Position numbers and translations under genes: made by a program | The notes under the pieces: model-generated | Told to the model about the DNA's origin: nothing | Database searches by the model: none | The model's input: only the letters and a program-made list of their open reading frames with translations | Part shown: positions 52,472-54,252 of the stretch, piece by piece | Position numbering within the stretch: position 1 is the first letter of the stretch | Layout: each line of letters opens with the position of its first letter | Source of the DNA: a virus | Taxonomy: Duplodnaviria; Caudoviricetes | Length of the DNA: 54,252 nucleotides | Reading direction: 5' to 3' (one strand) | Virus record (IMG/VR): IMGVR_UViG_3300021373_002055 | Coordinates: 1 to 54,252 of that record

Positions 52472-54252
52472 TTAATCTATATTAGGCCTCATTATACATT
52501 TAACTTTAGTAGTCCACATTCCATCTGTCCCAACGGTATGGTTTATTCCTATAATACTAAATACCGTGTTTGTTGTGTATTTTTTTGGTAATGCAGCAAA
52601 AGACAATACGTCGCCATATCGCAGTCCATTAATGCCATCGATGGTAAATGATGCATCGAATGGGAATATTGGTGCAGTTAATTGCTGTGACTGACGTATG
52701 TCAGATCCTGGATATTTTAGATATTCTAACAATGCAGTTTTTAGATCCGCTTCTGTTTCGGAGTCTTGTGGAGATAATCCATATTTTTCTGCTGCTTGAT
52801 TTAAGTTTTTTATTGCTTCTGTATGTTTACTTTTATAATTTTTGATAATATTGTTTAGACCGGCTACGTCGTCCGCATTAAACATAAAATTCATATATGG
52901 TGCAATTTTTTCTTCTGATATGTCAGTACCCTGATTTAAAACATAGCTAAGATTTTTTACACTTGTAGGCAACTTTGCAGAGAATTGAAAATCGTGAACT
53001 ATTGTACCAATAGGATCATTAGCAAACATTGGAACATTGTATGGAATAACATTTTCTCTGTCTATATATCCAGCGTCAGCAAATACTATTTTAGTATTGT
53101 CTTCTTTTAATTCAGTTAATACCAATTTAATTGCCCCTGCAGTTGCATTTTTAACTAAGTCTGATATTGATTCTAAAAATTTTCCAATTTTAAATGAATT
53201 TTTATTAGTAGATAAACTATCGATAATTGCGTCAATTGCTCCTAGATTTATAAAGATGCGGGTTGGAAATATTTTAGATGAACTATCTGTACCTGCTGAT
53301 TGATATATTCCTGGCCAATCTTGATATATATTTTTATCTTGCAAATTTTGTTGATAATCGAGTGTGTTTCTAACAGCAAATTCATAATATCCAGTTTCTC
53401 CATACCAATTCATATCTCCTGGAATAGATGGGTCTTTTGGTAACAACAAAACATTTTCAGGATCATTTGATTTTAAATGTTTATAATATGTACTAGCAAT
53501 CTGAATGTCATCACATAAAACACCTATACCTTGTTGTTTACTAGCTACTTGTGTGTTTATAAAATGTATTAATGCGCCTATTGTTATGTATCGATTTTCA
53601 TCAGTTAATATTTCTTTCGCTCGTTTTTCTTCTTTTTCAAATTGTTCTTTTTGAGCAGCTTCTTCTTGTTCTGCAGCTAGTTGTACAGTTTCTAATTCAG
53701 TTTCTATTGCTGCTATTTCTGTTTCTATTCCAGGTATAACTGTTAGATTATTTGTATCATTTGCAAAGTTTAATTCTGCATTTAAATCTTCTAATTGTGT
53801 TAATAAATTTTGCTCTGTTCCTTCTGTTTGTGATGGTTCATAAACAAATTGTCTTGTTATATTTGTTGTAAATGGTTGGCCAAACAATATAAATCTGTCA
53901 GTGGTACTAACATTTGACTCACCTTCAATAAAGAATGGCATTATTCCAGTAGACATATCATTGGTAGCAGCTTTAAATTTGCCTCGCAATTCGTCATCTA
54001 CTATACCTGACAATGTTTCGTAAAATTCTTTTTGAGTATCATCGTCTGGTTCTGTAACTTCTGGCTGAGCTGCATTTAATTCTATGTTGCTTGTTGCAGT
54101 TAATTTTGATTTTTTTTCTTTTTCTGGATCCATTAACATTGATACGTCTGTATATATATCACTAGTACCAGTTAATGAAATTGTTATTTCTACCGATGCA
54201 TCTGCTGCATATGATAAATCAAAATTAGTTATTAATCCAGTAAATGTATATG
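52472..54252 (-). CDS. baseplate hub/tail protein-like, 5'-partial
   Basis: frame is open to the right edge (YTFTGLITNFDLSY...); C-terminus TIDGINGLRYGD...FSIIGINHTV...WTTKV resembles gp27/GPD-type hubs. Confidence 0.6.
   Translation of the reverse strand, partial: YTFTGLITNFDLSYAADASVEITISLTGTSDIYTDVSMLMDPEKEKKSKLTATSNIELNAAQPEVTEPDDDTQKEFYETLSGIVDDELRGKFKAATNDMSTGIMPFFIEGESNVSTTDRFILFGQPFTTNITRQFVYEPSQTEGTEQNLLTQLEDLNAELNFANDTNNLTVIPGIETEIAAIETELETVQLAAEQEEAAQKEQFEKEEKRAKEILTDENRYITIGALIHFINTQVASKQQGIGVLCDDIQIASTYYKHLKSNDPENVLLLPKDPSIPGDMNWYGETGYYEFAVRNTLDYQQNLQDKNIYQDWPGIYQSAGTDSSSKIFPTRIFINLGAIDAIIDSLSTNKNSFKIGKFLESISDLVKNATAGAIKLVLTELKEDNTKIVFADAGYIDRENVIPYNVPMFANDPIGTIVHDFQFSAKLPTSVKNLSYVLNQGTDISEEKIAPYMNFMFNADDVAGLNNIIKNYKSKHTEAIKNLNQAAEKYGLSPQDSETEADLKTALLEYLKYPGSDIRQSQQLTAPIFPFDASFTIDGINGLRYGDVLSFAALPKKYTTNTVFSIIGINHTVGTDGMWTTKVKCIMRPNID

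Noticed and set aside
459-53303. All plus-strand ORFs in the track and short nested minus-strand ORFs (3037, 11812, 36804, 38570)
   Set aside because: They overlap well-supported minus-strand genes, lack motifs and look like antisense or alternate-frame shadows
1-54252. Stop-codon reassignment, tRNA genes, integrase or transposase
   Set aside because: Genes are full length in the standard code with TAA, TGA and TAG all used as stops; spacers are short and show no cloverleaf by eye; no recombinase or transposase motifs

Overview
A 54-kb, AT-rich, gene-dense segment of a large tailed dsDNA phage with a T4-like replisome; no integrase, rRNA, tRNA or CRISPR array was seen. Every credible gene lies on the minus strand, many coupled by ATGA/TAATG overlaps. 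The host is probably Bacteroidota: there is a type IX secretion C-terminal domain, four signal peptides followed by Gln, and a Bacteroidota-like ClpS. In transcription order (right to left): a partial baseplate-hub-like gene; a short atypical family-A polymerase; SSB, RecA/UvsX, 5'-3' exonuclease, helicase and class II RNR; folE-queD-queE; thioredoxin, GroES and family-B polymerase; an operon of unknown ORF, QueD-like T-fold protein (DpdL-like), GT-B glycosyltransferase and TGT/DpdA running into sliding clamp, dUTPase and clamp loader; a 12.5-kb glycosylation island with neuA/neuB; an amidase endolysin and a cell-envelope module (T9SS cargo, beta-barrel, thioredoxin-fold protein); then a nucleotidyltransferase and small proteins. 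Main leads: (1) a QueC-less 7-deazaguanine DNA-modification pathway with an embedded glycosyltransferase; (2) a shared 9-10 aa N-terminal leader ending in Glu on eight unrelated proteins, like a capsid-targeting signal; (3) a phage-encoded T9SS substrate; (4) two recurring promoter classes. All product calls come from motif recognition by eye, not database searches.
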